The notes: generated from the letters alone by a model not told the origin. Positions 1 through 10,943 are shown, counted from the stretch's first letter. The stretch: DNA of 64,000 nucleotides from Prevotella sp. (GCA_031285625.1 JAITVV010000029.1:1-64000); one strand, 5' to 3'. Program-made: numbers and translations.

Positions 1-179
1 AACTTGGAAAGGTCTACCTGAGGGTTCTCCAGTACAGTATATTCAGGTTTCATAGTCTCAGTTGTTGTTTTTGTTGAATCTGAATCAGTTCCTTTAGTAT
101 CGGCGCTTTTTCCACCACCACAAGCTATAAATGCTCCTGCGATCATACAGCAACTCAAGCTGTAAACAATTTTTTTCAT
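1..179 (-). CDS. Lipoprotein, 5' part only (runs off the window); probable DUF1080/3-keto-disaccharide hydrolase family
   Basis: Manual translation MKKIVYSLSCCMIAGAFIACGGGKSADTKG... shows a lipobox Cys; it follows two Gfo/Idh/MocA genes as in BT2159-BT2156-type operons. Family call rests on context only. Confidence 0.5.
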   Translation of the reverse strand, partial: MKKIVYSLSCCMIAGAFIACGGGKSADTKGTDSDSTKTTTETMKPEYTVLENPQVDLSK

Positions 180-213
180 CTTTATTTGGTTTTAGTTTTA
201 ATTAAATAATTAA

Positions 214-1689
214 TTACGGCATATCCGGCAATTTCCAGCCTTGACGATAAGTATGCTTGATCAATTCATTCGCAAAGTTTTGAGCATTGATAGGGTCAGT
301 CCAAATCTTATTAAATTTAGGGTCACCATCAACAATTTTAAAGTCATCCTTAATCAATATCTTGATTTCTTCGTTAGGATCGATATTTGTGAACTTCATG
401 TTATCTCCATCCCAATACAATTCCTTATTCAAGGTCTGCAAACGAATAGCTAATACTCCCATCACTACCATTTCGTTGAATGGTCCTGCTTCGCTGAAAT
501 CGGATTTAGTCAATACACGGCTGGAAGCATCTTCCTTACAAGCTCGTACCCAATCCATTTCGTGAGATGTTTCTACACGGCGTTGTGTCTTAGGTGCATT
601 CGGTTTGCGTCCTGACATTAACCAAGGATTTACTCCGTAGCATCCACAAATCAGTGTGTCTTTTGTACCATGGAAGATAACCAATCCACCGCCTTCGCCC
701 ATTAATTGTTTTCCTTGAGGGAAACCTTTGGGACGATCCGGCATCATACCGCCATCATACCAATGTACTTCCACTTCAGGCATACCCACTTTCGGCATAT
801 TGTCGCGGGCAGGGAATGTTAATTTAACATGTTGTGCCTGTGGTGCGCAATCTTGCAACAGCAAGGTAGATGAACCTTGTACTTTAGTAGGATAGCCCAA
901 ATTCAAGCCTTTGAATACAGGGTGCATGATATGGCAAGCCATGTCGCCTAATGCACCTGTACCATAATCCCACCAGCCGCGCCAGTTCCAAGGGGTATAT
1001 AATGCATTATAAGGGCGCACTTTTGCAGGGCCTGAAAATAAGTCCCAATTCAGGGTGTTTGGTATTTTATCCACTTTTTCAGGAGCATTTAGTCCCTGTG
1101 GCCAAATAGGACGGTCTGTAGCACATTCAACTTTTGTCACTTCACCTATCTCGCCATTGGCAATCCATTCGCAAACAAGGTTAACACCTTCTCCTGAAGA
1201 ACCCTGGTTACCCATCTGTGTAGCTACTTTATATTTTGCAGCTAACTTGGTTAGCAAACGGGATTCGTAAACGGTGTGAGTAAGGGGTTTCTGACAGTAC
1301 ACATGTTTACCCATAGTCATTGCGTCAGCAGAAACAATAGCATGTGTATGGTCTGCAGTTGCTACTATCACCGCGTCAATGTCTTTACCCATTTCATCGT
1401 ACATCTTGCGGAAGTCCCAGTATTTTTTTGCTTTAGGGAACCTGTCGAATACGCCTTTAGCATATTTCCAGTCCACGTCACACAATCCGACGATGTTTTC
1501 TGTAGCTTCCACAGCTTTGATATTAGCATGTCCCATACCGCCGATGCCGACAGCTGCGATGTTTAATTTGTCGCTCGGAGCCATGTGTCCGAAGTTTTTT
1601 CCTAACACCGAACTCGGGATAATCGTCAGTCCGATGGCGGCTTTAGCTCCCGTTGAAAGAAATTTTCTTCTCGAAATGTCTGATGCCAT
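214..1689 (-). CDS. Gfo/Idh/MocA family oxidoreductase with twin-arginine-like N-terminus
   Basis: SRRKFL motif, Rossmann GIGGMG, HVYCQKPL, WRGWWDYGTGALGDMACH. Confidence 0.9.
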   Translation of the reverse strand: MASDISRRKFLSTGAKAAIGLTIIPSSVLGKNFGHMAPSDKLNIAAVGIGGMGHANIKAVEATENIVGLCDVDWKYAKGVFDRFPKAKKYWDFRKMYDEMGKDIDAVIVATADHTHAIVSADAMTMGKHVYCQKPLTHTVYESRLLTKLAAKYKVATQMGNQGSSGEGVNLVCEWIANGEIGEVTKVECATDRPIWPQGLNAPEKVDKIPNTLNWDLFSGPAKVRPYNALYTPWNWRGWWDYGTGALGDMACHIMHPVFKGLNLGYPTKVQGSSTLLLQDCAPQAQHVKLTFPARDNMPKVGMPEVEVHWYDGGMMPDRPKGFPQGKQLMGEGGGLVIFHGTKDTLICGCYGVNPWLMSGRKPNAPKTQRRVETSHEMDWVRACKEDASSRVLTKSDFSEAGPFNEMVVMGVLAIRLQTLNKELYWDGDNMKFTNIDPNEEIKILIKDDFKIVDGDPKFNKIWTDPINAQNFANELIKHTYRQGWKLPDMP

Positions 1690-1760
1690 AATTTCTGTTT
1701 TTTTAGGTTAATATTGTTTTTTAGATTTAATGGTATATTTTAGTTACACTTCAGTTGTTT

Positions 1761-3455
1761 TTAACTTTGTTCTCCTCTTACAATTTCTTCTTTATCTTTG
1801 TCCCAGTACATTGTACGTCCTTCAAGATATGCACGTGTACCCATATGGGCAGTGATTGCTTCTTCGAAAGCAGCATCTATACCACAAGATGGTTTTCGAT
1901 TTGTATCACGGATACATTCAAGCCACTCCCTTATATGTAAGAACGTAGTGTCGTAACGTTTACCACCAAGATAAGAGTACAATAATCCACGTTGTGCAAA
2001 ATAAAGCTCTGTAGCTGAAGTTACTGCATCTACATTACTTTTTCCTGGTACGTATGTATAGAATGGGATATCCGGTTTGATGATGCCTTTATCCAGTTTT
2101 TCCTTATATCGTGTCGAGGCACTGTCCACTTTAACTGTTAGTGTATCACCTACTTCCATTGATGCATCATGTCCCATGATTACTTTACCCCTGTTGCGGT
2201 TACTAGCAAGTGTAGCGCTGTATAGCATGGTCATGTTTTTATCCGGGAATTCGAATGTTGTTTGTAGCACATCCGGCACTGTTCTGCCATCTTTGAAGAA
2301 ATATACGCCTCCCGAGGAAGTTGCCGAATGAGGAATACCCACACCCATTAACTGGTTAATTGCGTCATATTCGTGTGTTAATAAGTCTCCACTCAGACCT
2401 GTGCTGTAATCCCACCAGCAACGCCAGCGGAAGAAACGTTCAAGACTGAATTTACTTCTTTCATCAGGACCAACGTATTTTTCCAGTTTGTATTTGGTCA
2501 TATAGTCCATATATTCTTTGACCCTTTCATCGTTTCCTTCAAACTGTTTCCAATCGATGGTCTGAGGAGTAGCTGTAGGATCAATATCATATACCCAGGC
2601 TCCGTTAGGATCATTTCTGTTGGTACATACTTCTATTAATGTTACCGGTCCTAATAGTCCTTTATCTAATATTTCTTTCGCTTTATGGTAGCTATCTACC
2701 TGACGACCTTGATGACCTAATTGGAAAACGATACCTGTTTGTTTAATAATATCCCTTACCATGTAAGTTTCAGGTACAGTCCATGAAAGTGGTTTTTCGC
2801 AATAAACATGTTTTCCAGCCTTTGCTGCATCCATTGCCATTGTACTGTGCCAATGGTCGGGAGATGCAATAATGATAGCATCTATATCGTCTGCAGCCAG
2901 CATTTCCTGATAATGGCGGTAACGTTTAGGAGCTGGTCCGGGTGTTCCTCCCAGGCCTTCTCTTTTTACATTAGCTCCGGCTGCGATTCCCTGCTCTGCA
3001 AAGGTGTCGAAGATATCACATACTCCTGTGATAACGATGTTCAAATCTTCTTGCTCTTTGAATAGCTGGTAACGTGTATCTTTTTTATCTTTTTTAGATT
3101 GATCGATAAGATCTTGTAAAGATTCCGGTGTTGCAAATCCTGCAGCTCTTAATAGTTGTTTTCCCCTGATACCACAACCTATAATACCCAGGCGGATTTG
3201 TTTTCCGTTTGGTTGTAATTCAGCTATGCTCGGGCTTTCTTTACTAAGGCTAAAAACATCACTCACATCCCGGAGTGTTTTGTCATGTTTTTGTTTTTTA
3301 TAAACGCCATAAGCCATGGCTCCCAGAATAGGAACAGTAGCAAGTGCTTTGAGTGCATCGCGTCTTCCCTGCGATTCAGGGAGCGCATTTTCATTGGAAT
3401 GTATTTTATCTTTATTTTTATCTGGTTCTGGAACTTTCTTATCTTCTGATGTCAT
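1761..3455 (-). CDS. Gfo/Idh/MocA family oxidoreductase, membrane-anchored
   Basis: RRDALKALA plus hydrophobic segment, GCGIRG, HVYCEKPL, WRCWWDYSTGLSGDLLTH. Confidence 0.88.
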   Translation of the reverse strand: MTSEDKKVPEPDKNKDKIHSNENALPESQGRRDALKALATVPILGAMAYGVYKKQKHDKTLRDVSDVFSLSKESPSIAELQPNGKQIRLGIIGCGIRGKQLLRAAGFATPESLQDLIDQSKKDKKDTRYQLFKEQEDLNIVITGVCDIFDTFAEQGIAAGANVKREGLGGTPGPAPKRYRHYQEMLAADDIDAIIIASPDHWHSTMAMDAAKAGKHVYCEKPLSWTVPETYMVRDIIKQTGIVFQLGHQGRQVDSYHKAKEILDKGLLGPVTLIEVCTNRNDPNGAWVYDIDPTATPQTIDWKQFEGNDERVKEYMDYMTKYKLEKYVGPDERSKFSLERFFRWRCWWDYSTGLSGDLLTHEYDAINQLMGVGIPHSATSSGGVYFFKDGRTVPDVLQTTFEFPDKNMTMLYSATLASNRNRGKVIMGHDASMEVGDTLTVKVDSASTRYKEKLDKGIIKPDIPFYTYVPGKSNVDAVTSATELYFAQRGLLYSYLGGKRYDTTFLHIREWLECIRDTNRKPSCGIDAAFEEAITAHMGTRAYLEGRTMYWDKDKEEIVRGEQS

Positions 3456-3469
3456 GATAGATATGCTAA

Positions 3470-3955
3470 TTAACGTTTGAATAATTTAGACAGATATCGG
3501 TCGAGTCCGATGATGTGCGAGGTAGGAAAATATATCAATACCATCAGTGCGCCTATTTCGATAATATTTTTGTCTATCCACAGATAGGAACCTTCAGTTG
3601 GCATAAGATAATCTGCACCTACAAAAGGAGGATGCGATAAATAGAACAAAGCCAGGAATATAATCCCGCCAATGGATGCAATACGCGAAAAACATCCCAG
3701 AATGAGACCTAGACCTATGAGGGTTAATCCATAGATGTTTACATAATTGGATACTGCAAGGAATCCTTCATTTCCTGCTATATTCTGGAAAAAACCAGAG
3801 AGGAATCCATCTGAATCCATAAGATAGGGATAGGCTGACCAGCCCGAATTGAAAAGTTTCACAAGACCTTCGTACAAGAAGTGCCAGCCAATGAGTAATC
3901 TCAATACGACCAGCCAAAGGGTCTGTGAACGCGAATAAGATGTTAGTTTATTCAT
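3470..3955 (-). CDS. DoxX family membrane protein
   Basis: LRLLIGWHFLYEGLVK, four hydrophobic segments, C-terminal GLDRYL. Confidence 0.85.
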   Translation of the reverse strand: MNKLTSYSRSQTLWLVVLRLLIGWHFLYEGLVKLFNSGWSAYPYLMDSDGFLSGFFQNIAGNEGFLAVSNYVNIYGLTLIGLGLILGCFSRIASIGGIIFLALFYLSHPPFVGADYLMPTEGSYLWIDKNIIEIGALMVLIYFPTSHIIGLDRYLSKLFKR

Positions 3956-4252
3956 GGGTTAAGTTAGTAATATAAAATAAAATCTGTCTTTTGTTAGACT
4001 TATAAAAAAATTAAAGATTGTTTCCACACTAATAAACTGGAGTTCTGCTTTTTGGCTTTTCATGTATTTCTTCTAATACAGGTCGTCGGGCCTTTAAGTA
4101 TTTGTTTCTGAGCATTTTAGACTCCAGTCAACTAAAAATTAATTAACTCTAAATTATTCAATTGAAAATGCGGAATAAAGCTAGGAATATTTTAAGTAAT
4201 TAATTCCTTTATCATTGTTAAAAAAAGTTGGGAATTATAATAAATTGTATAT

Positions 4253-4260
4253 CAAACATA
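4253..4260 (-). promoter_or_regulatory. Putative Bacteroidetes -7 promoter element for the DoxX/oxidoreductase operon
   Basis: TATGTTTG on the minus strand matches TAnnTTTG, about 300 nt upstream of DoxX. Confidence 0.4.
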
Positions 4261-4335
4261 AATTTATACCGACAAAATCATGTTTAATTCAAAATAATAT
4301 AATAAAATAATCGGACATTTGTAACAATTTAATAT

Positions 4336-5325
4336 TTATCTGCTATCAGAAGGGTATATTATACCTATTTGTTTTCTTATTTCATCGACTATTTCTATTG
4401 TAATTAGCGAGTTCTCATGACTATTAATGCTGGACTCCCTTCTTCCTTCCTTTATTAAATTGATAAATTCGGCAATCTCAAAGTAATACTCATGGGTAGG
4501 ATTAGGGGTGCTTATGGTGGATTCATTTCTTCCTCTTTGTTTTAATGTTACATTATTAATAATGTTTATGCGATCCGAAGTTATTGTTCCTTCTTCTCCT
4601 TGTATTTCGGTTGGTAAGTTTGAATCTGCAATTTTTGAATATAATACAGTTGCATTCATCCCATCATATTCAAAATTAACAGCTCCCTGTCCATCTGCTC
4701 CGGTAGATAGTTTTAGCCCTGTGGCACTAACTTTTTGAGGGCGGCCAAACAAAACTACCATCGGATATATTGTGTATACGCCTAGATCCATAACTGCACC
4801 ATTGGATAGTTTGGGATCGAAAGCATTCAATACGATACCTTCTTTTAGTTGATCGTAACGGGAAGAATATTGACAATAACAAGAAAAATACCGGCGTATC
4901 TGCCCTATTTCTTTAATATGATCTTTTATCACAGAGAAATTTGGGGTCAGTGTTGGTTTCATTGCCTCCATCAGAGTTACATTGTTTTTTTCTGATACGG
5001 CTATCATTTCTTTTACCTCATTTGCATTAGATGCAAAAGGTTTTTCACACAATACATGCTTGCCATGTTGCATAAATAAGATACTTTGAGGAGCATGCAG
5101 GGAGTTTGGTGAGGCTATATAAACGGCATCGATCAGATTACTTGCCGCCATTTCTTCAAGCGAAATAAATGTATGGGGGATGTTATGCTTCTTTGCAAAT
5201 AGGTCAGCTTGTTCTTGAGTACGTGAGTAAATAGCTGTCAATTCGAAGCGTGAGTCTAGTTTTGCAGCTTCTAAAACTTTATCTACTATAAAATTAGTAC
5301 CAATTACACCAAAGCGTACTTTCAT
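4336..5325 (-). CDS. Gfo/Idh/MocA family oxidoreductase (cytoplasmic)
   Basis: MKVRFGVIGTNFI, HVLCEKP, GAVMDLGVY; start moved from 5373 because a TACCTTTG promoter element overlaps 5371-5378 (5349 also possible). Confidence 0.85.
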   Translation of the reverse strand: MKVRFGVIGTNFIVDKVLEAAKLDSRFELTAIYSRTQEQADLFAKKHNIPHTFISLEEMAASNLIDAVYIASPNSLHAPQSILFMQHGKHVLCEKPFASNANEVKEMIAVSEKNNVTLMEAMKPTLTPNFSVIKDHIKEIGQIRRYFSCYCQYSSRYDQLKEGIVLNAFDPKLSNGAVMDLGVYTIYPMVVLFGRPQKVSATGLKLSTGADGQGAVNFEYDGMNATVLYSKIADSNLPTEIQGEEGTITSDRINIINNVTLKQRGRNESTISTPNPTHEYYFEIAEFINLIKEGRRESSINSHENSLITIEIVDEIRKQIGIIYPSDSR

Positions 5326-5451
5326 TGAGGCATTTCTTGACAATTCCATATATAATCTATTATATTTTAGCAAAGGTATGTATTTGGGTTTATATAATAG
5401 TGATTAATTAAAATTTATTGTTAATATCCGATGAATGCTTTAATTTTTTAT

Positions 5452-5489
5452 AAGGCTGCCTGAAAAGCATTTACTTCTTAGGCAGCCTT
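5452..5489. terminator. Hairpin downstream of susD
   Basis: AAGGCTGCCT ... AGGCAGCCTT inverted repeat. Confidence 0.6.
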
Positions 5490-5501
5490 TATGAAAATTA
5501 G

Positions 5502-7211
5502 TTAATAACCAGGGTTTTGTTCCAGCAGCGGATTTGCTGACATGTTTCTTTCATCTATAGGAAAACGGTTTTTATTTGGATCGTTTGAAGCTTTATGATC
5601 CCACCAGTTTTCAGTTACATAGGCATTCCAACGTATCAGGTCGGTACGGCGGCGGCCCTCCAGTAAGAATTCGATTTTCCATTCATTGAGCATCCGGTAT
5701 TTATCAAGGTTAGTTGCTGTTACCGGATTCGGATCATTTCCATTTTCGAAATAGCGTGCACGTACCTGATTTATCAACTCTGCGGCTTTAGCCTTGTTGC
5801 CCGCTCTCAATTCGCATTCCGCCAATGTGTAATAGAATTCTGTAAGCCTCATTATAGGAATATTCGGTTCCCATAATTTTTCGCGTTCTGCATATGTAGG
5901 GACAGGGCTTAGTTTCATCGAACGTATTCCTGAATTTTCTTCTGCAGTAGCAATTGTAGAAGGCAGGTCGTCTATTGTAGGATATTCTGCTGTTCCCAGT
6001 TTCTTCATATATGTTATCTGGTCTACCAGGGTGATCACTTCTCCCAGATATTCTCTGGCACCGGTACACACAGCTCCATCCAATGGATTTTCCTGTCTTC
6101 CCATCATAAACATTCCTCTGTACTTGCTTCCTCCGAGATATACATATTGCTGCTTACGTACATCAGTATCTTCAAACAAGCCGAATGGTCCTGCCAGTTT
6201 GTAATCATATTTTTGTCCGTTAGGCTTAAGGGAAGGGACCAAAGCATATCCGTTATGTCTGTCTAATCCGTCTATCCCACCAAGTATTACATATGAATTG
6301 TAATGATGCATGGTTGCGAAAAAGCCCGCATCTGTGGTACCTCCGGTTTTTGTACTCGGTACACCCCACATGATTTCTGTGCTTTTGTCGTTCTCGAAGC
6401 CGAAGGTCATTGTCCAGTCATCTTCTAATTTATAGGTTCCGTATTTGCCGTCAATAATGTCCCTGCATATTTGCGCGGCCTCTTCATACATCGGTTTCTT
6501 TATATAGGCTTCAGCATTAAAGTATAATTCGGCTTTTAGTCCCATTGCCACTGCCTGTGATATATTTCCGGTCTCTTCTTTTCCCAGCTCGGTTTTCTTT
6601 GGTAGCAGAGGAATAGAAATATCCAGCAATGAATCGATATGGTTGAAAGTTTCTACATCAGTATTTCTTCCTTTAATTGCTGTTTCTCCCCGGCGATAGA
6701 TAGGAACACCACCAAAAAGATCCAATCCTTCTTTATAAAAGAATGCTATGAGCGCGTGTTGTTGTGCCAACATAGACTCCTTTGTGCCTTCAGGAAAGTT
6801 GAGAGCCTGAAAATCTACATTTTTGTCAATATCATCAAGGGCATCATAGGCAAGAGCAATACCCATACCAAAACCATACCAACTGTTATATAATCCTAAT
6901 GACGTGATTGAATATTCGTGATGATGGAATAATTGGGTCTCTCCTCCATTATACCAGTCACTACCACGGGTTGGCAGACAGAGTTCATCTGTACCTAGCT
7001 CCTGTAACCTATAGCGGGAATCATCGGATGCCCTGTACCATCTCCAATGTGTAAAAGGCCGGTTAAAACGTTGCCATACGGCATCTTGCGAGGTGAAAAA
7101 TGTATTCGGGTCTGCCTCTGTGAAAAATTCTGCATCAGTATTACACGCCGTAAATGAAAATGTGAGTGCTGACAGAACGGCTCCTATTATTAATCGTTTT
7201 ATTTTTTTCAT
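5502..7211 (-). CDS. RagB/SusD family outer-membrane lipoprotein
   Basis: Lipobox FTAC, MRLTEFYYTLAEC, EFLLEGRRRTDLIRW, C-terminal QNPGY; directly after SusC. Confidence 0.93.
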   Translation of the reverse strand: MKKIKRLIIGAVLSALTFSFTACNTDAEFFTEADPNTFFTSQDAVWQRFNRPFTHWRWYRASDDSRYRLQELGTDELCLPTRGSDWYNGGETQLFHHHEYSITSLGLYNSWYGFGMGIALAYDALDDIDKNVDFQALNFPEGTKESMLAQQHALIAFFYKEGLDLFGGVPIYRRGETAIKGRNTDVETFNHIDSLLDISIPLLPKKTELGKEETGNISQAVAMGLKAELYFNAEAYIKKPMYEEAAQICRDIIDGKYGTYKLEDDWTMTFGFENDKSTEIMWGVPSTKTGGTTDAGFFATMHHYNSYVILGGIDGLDRHNGYALVPSLKPNGQKYDYKLAGPFGLFEDTDVRKQQYVYLGGSKYRGMFMMGRQENPLDGAVCTGAREYLGEVITLVDQITYMKKLGTAEYPTIDDLPSTIATAEENSGIRSMKLSPVPTYAEREKLWEPNIPIMRLTEFYYTLAECELRAGNKAKAAELINQVRARYFENGNDPNPVTATNLDKYRMLNEWKIEFLLEGRRRTDLIRWNAYVTENWWDHKASNDPNKNRFPIDERNMSANPLLEQNPGY

Positions 7212-7226
7212 TATAGTATCAGTTTT

Positions 7227-10200
7227 TTAGAATGATAATTGAACTCCTAATATATAACTGCGTGTCTGTGGATAGAAACCTAAACCTTCTATACCATTAT
7301 CCTTAATACCATTGATATTCACTTCCGGATTTAATCCTCCATATCCGGTAAAGGTGGCTACGTTAGTTGCTGTAACATAGAAACGGGCATGGTTGAACAG
7401 ATTTTTTGTATACCTCTTAAGATCCAGATTATAACCAATATTGATTGCATCTATCTTCAGGAAGGTTCCGTCTTCCAGGAAGAAATCGCACAATTGCTTT
7501 TCTCCTTTGATATGTGAGTTCTTTTCATAAGCTTTTTTTAGGAGATTGGTTTTTTGTCCATCATTAGGCAGAGCATAATACATATCTATTGTGTTGTATA
7601 CATCAAAATCTATCCAGCTTCTCAGATTAACTGTCATATCCCAGTTCTTATAACTCACACTATGACTCCAACCCACAACTAACGACGGATTGAAATTACC
7701 CATATGCCTCTTGTCTTCTTGTTTCTTTTCTGATGCGGGAATTATATCCCCGGCTTTATTATATAGCAGGAATTCTCCCTTATCATCGAAACCGGCAAAT
7801 TTCCAAAGATAGAAACTTCCTATTTTCATATTTTCCTGAACACGGAGTGCATCTCCCGGATTTCCCGGAGAGGGCATACCACCGGAACTTATATAACTGT
7901 TGATACCCATATCAAGCATTTTAGTGGTATTGTGACTAAAATTTATGTTGGTTGAATAATTCCAGTTTTTGCTTCTTACTATATCTGCTCCAAGTTCTAT
8001 TTCCCATCCTTTATTTTCAAGGTTACCTATATTTTTATACATTTCCTGAGTAGGATATGGCGGAGATGGAACAACTACGGTAAAAAGTAAGTCATTTACT
8101 TTACGTCTGTAAGTGTCAAATTTTCCGTATAGCCTGTTATCGAAGAGAGAGAAATCCAATCCGATATTCCATTCTGCTTTTTCTTCCCATCTCAGATCCG
8201 GGTTGGGTGTTTTAGATTTTCCATATGTGTTTAACCAAGCACCACCACCAGGTAAAGGCCATCTTTGATCGGCACTATAAGTAATCTTTGAATAGTCGGC
8301 GCTAAACCCATTATTACCTGTAACCCCGTATGCGAAACGCAGTTTTAGATCATTTATAAAGCTTATGTCCTTCATAAAATCTTCTTTGGAAATACGCCAT
8401 CCGGCTGATAACGCCCAGAATGTTCCCCACTTGTTAGCATCAGAGAATTTTGAAGATCCCTCGCGGCGTAATGTAGCCGTAGCCATATATTTGTCATCAT
8501 AAGAATAGTTCGCCCTTGCAAAGAATGCTAATAGTTTTTCTTTGATATCTCTTCTTGATTTCATGTCAGCATCCCCCTCTTTAAGGTAGGACCCTTCATT
8601 CATATCCCAAAACTCAGTGCCATCTACGGAAAAATTGTAGTTAGTCATCTCAAAATATTCCCTATCATGCGTGAAATAGCTATAACCTGCTACTGCATTA
8701 ATGGAATGCTTATCAATTTGTTTTAAATAGGTCATATAACCTTCTACATTCACATTTTCACTTTTATCGAATTTTAGGTGGGCTTCCCCTCTTCTGTTTT
8801 TCTGTAATTCTTCTCTGTGCTGTTTTGACCTGAATTTGTGCTGTTCCCACTGACGGCGCTCAAAACCTATGGTTTGTTGATAGGATAGTCCTTCGATAGG
8901 TAATACATTCAATTTGAAAGTAAAATCGGGTTTAAACCACTGATCCAGTCCTTCGTCTTTGAATAAGTTGGCATCAGCCACTACATTATAATCTTCTGTA
9001 TCATTCAGCCAGATATTATAACCAGTTTCACTTGTAGCATCGTAAGGCGAACGTGTAGGGTTATTTCGCAATGCCTGCCTGAAATCAGGACGCCCCTGCT
9101 TTCTTTTAGCCTGCCTGTAGTCAGCACGCATCATAACATCTACCCATCCCTCCAGTAGTTTAAAGTTTGTATTTATTCTTCCCCCATAGTCATTTCTACT
9201 GTCATTGATAGGTAATCCCTTATTTTCTCCGTAGAAGAGCGATGTATATATCTGTGCATTTTTTACTCCTCCACTCAGAGTAACTACATGCCTTTGCGAA
9301 ATAGGATTATCATTCAGCAATTCTTCATACCAATCGGTACTAGATCCGAAATCTTGCCCTCTACCATGTGCTACGAATTCTTCAGCTGAAAGGACTTTGG
9401 GTTTTGCATAGTCTTGTCTCATGGTCAACTCTCCAGTATAGGTTGCATTTACCTTACCGTTAGTATCTCCCCCTTTTTTGGTAGTTATTAAAATAACTCC
9501 TCCGGCCGCACGTGTACCATAGATGGCTCCTGCAGAGGCATCTTTCAGCACATCGATAGATACAATATCTTCCTGCAATACAGAGCGGATATCTCCTCCA
9601 GGCATCCCATCGATAACCACAAGTGGTTCCTGTCCTGAATTTGCTGAAGCGACTCCCCTAAGCTGAAATGAATTACTTGAGTTAGGACCGGTATTAGGAG
9701 ATATCATCAGCCCTGCAATTTTTCCTTGTAGTGCATTTGCTACCGAAGTGGAACCTACACCTTGTACCAGGTCTTTATCGGAAATAGAAGTAATGGAACT
9801 GGTTACCTGTTTCTTTTCCAATGTACCATAACCGATTACAACTACTTCGTCCAGAAGCTTGGTATCTTCAACTAGGACAACATTAATAGAGGTCTTTCCA
9901 TTTACATCTATTTCTTGTTTATGGAATCCAATAAAAGAAAATACAAGTGTCGAATTCGAATTAGGTACATTTATAGTATATGTACCATCCAAATCTGTCA
10001 TTACTCCGGTTGTAGTTCCTTTAACTACAACGCTTACTCCGCTGAGTGGGTCGCCGTTCTCATCTGTTACAGCCCCTTTTACAGTAAGGTTATTTTGTTC
10101 AGTGTTTTGGATTTCATTCGTGTCTTTTACTTCTATTGCTGAGGCGAATGAATATTGAAAGAAAATAAGAGAGAGGAGCAGGAACAACACCTTTCTTCCA

Positions 10201-10229
10201 TAATTTTTACTTACAGTTTTTTTTCTCAT
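7227..10229 (-). CDS. SusC/RagA TonB-dependent transporter
   Basis: LDEVVVIGYG, VLKDASAGAIYGTRAAGGVILITTK, NPDLRWEE, C-terminal F. Confidence 0.95.
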   Translation of the reverse strand: MRKKTVSKNYGRKVLFLLLSLIFFQYSFASAIEVKDTNEIQNTEQNNLTVKGAVTDENGDPLSGVSVVVKGTTTGVMTDLDGTYTINVPNSNSTLVFSFIGFHKQEIDVNGKTSINVVLVEDTKLLDEVVVIGYGTLEKKQVTSSITSISDKDLVQGVGSTSVANALQGKIAGLMISPNTGPNSSNSFQLRGVASANSGQEPLVVIDGMPGGDIRSVLQEDIVSIDVLKDASAGAIYGTRAAGGVILITTKKGGDTNGKVNATYTGELTMRQDYAKPKVLSAEEFVAHGRGQDFGSSTDWYEELLNDNPISQRHVVTLSGGVKNAQIYTSLFYGENKGLPINDSRNDYGGRINTNFKLLEGWVDVMMRADYRQAKRKQGRPDFRQALRNNPTRSPYDATSETGYNIWLNDTEDYNVVADANLFKDEGLDQWFKPDFTFKLNVLPIEGLSYQQTIGFERRQWEQHKFRSKQHREELQKNRRGEAHLKFDKSENVNVEGYMTYLKQIDKHSINAVAGYSYFTHDREYFEMTNYNFSVDGTEFWDMNEGSYLKEGDADMKSRRDIKEKLLAFFARANYSYDDKYMATATLRREGSSKFSDANKWGTFWALSAGWRISKEDFMKDISFINDLKLRFAYGVTGNNGFSADYSKITYSADQRWPLPGGGAWLNTYGKSKTPNPDLRWEEKAEWNIGLDFSLFDNRLYGKFDTYRRKVNDLLFTVVVPSPPYPTQEMYKNIGNLENKGWEIELGADIVRSKNWNYSTNINFSHNTTKMLDMGINSYISSGGMPSPGNPGDALRVQENMKIGSFYLWKFAGFDDKGEFLLYNKAGDIIPASEKKQEDKRHMGNFNPSLVVGWSHSVSYKNWDMTVNLRSWIDFDVYNTIDMYYALPNDGQKTNLLKKAYEKNSHIKGEKQLCDFFLEDGTFLKIDAINIGYNLDLKRYTKNLFNHARFYVTATNVATFTGYGGLNPEVNINGIKDNGIEGLGFYPQTRSYILGVQLSF

Positions 10230-10370
10230 AATATGATCTTTGTTTAGTTAACTTGTAGTTAGTTGTTTAAGAGACAGGAAATGTCTTCTTTGAAATAAAT
10301 AGGTTTTTTCTGGGTTCTCACATAGGTTTTTGGTTTTAGAGGTTAATATTATGGGGGTATACGCAAAAAA

Positions 10371-10640
<270 letters not shown>

Positions 10641-10943
10641 TATTAGATTTATAATCAGATGCTTTTTCTATATTTTAAGAATTGCGAAGTGCAATGTTAA
10701 TATCTATAAAAGTTTATCAAGGTGTTTTAAAAAGCAAAAAAAGTATCCTAATCGACACTTGGCAGTGTATAATACTCTTATGACGGGTATTAATACTTCG
10801 GGCGTATTTTTATACATGGATCAAAAAACTCGTATCTATACTAATTTATAGAAAGACTTCTTGAACACTGTTATTCTTATATACCATGTTTAAGGTATAT
10901 AAAATACCATATCAAGGGGATTTCATACCTAATAAGCTCATTA

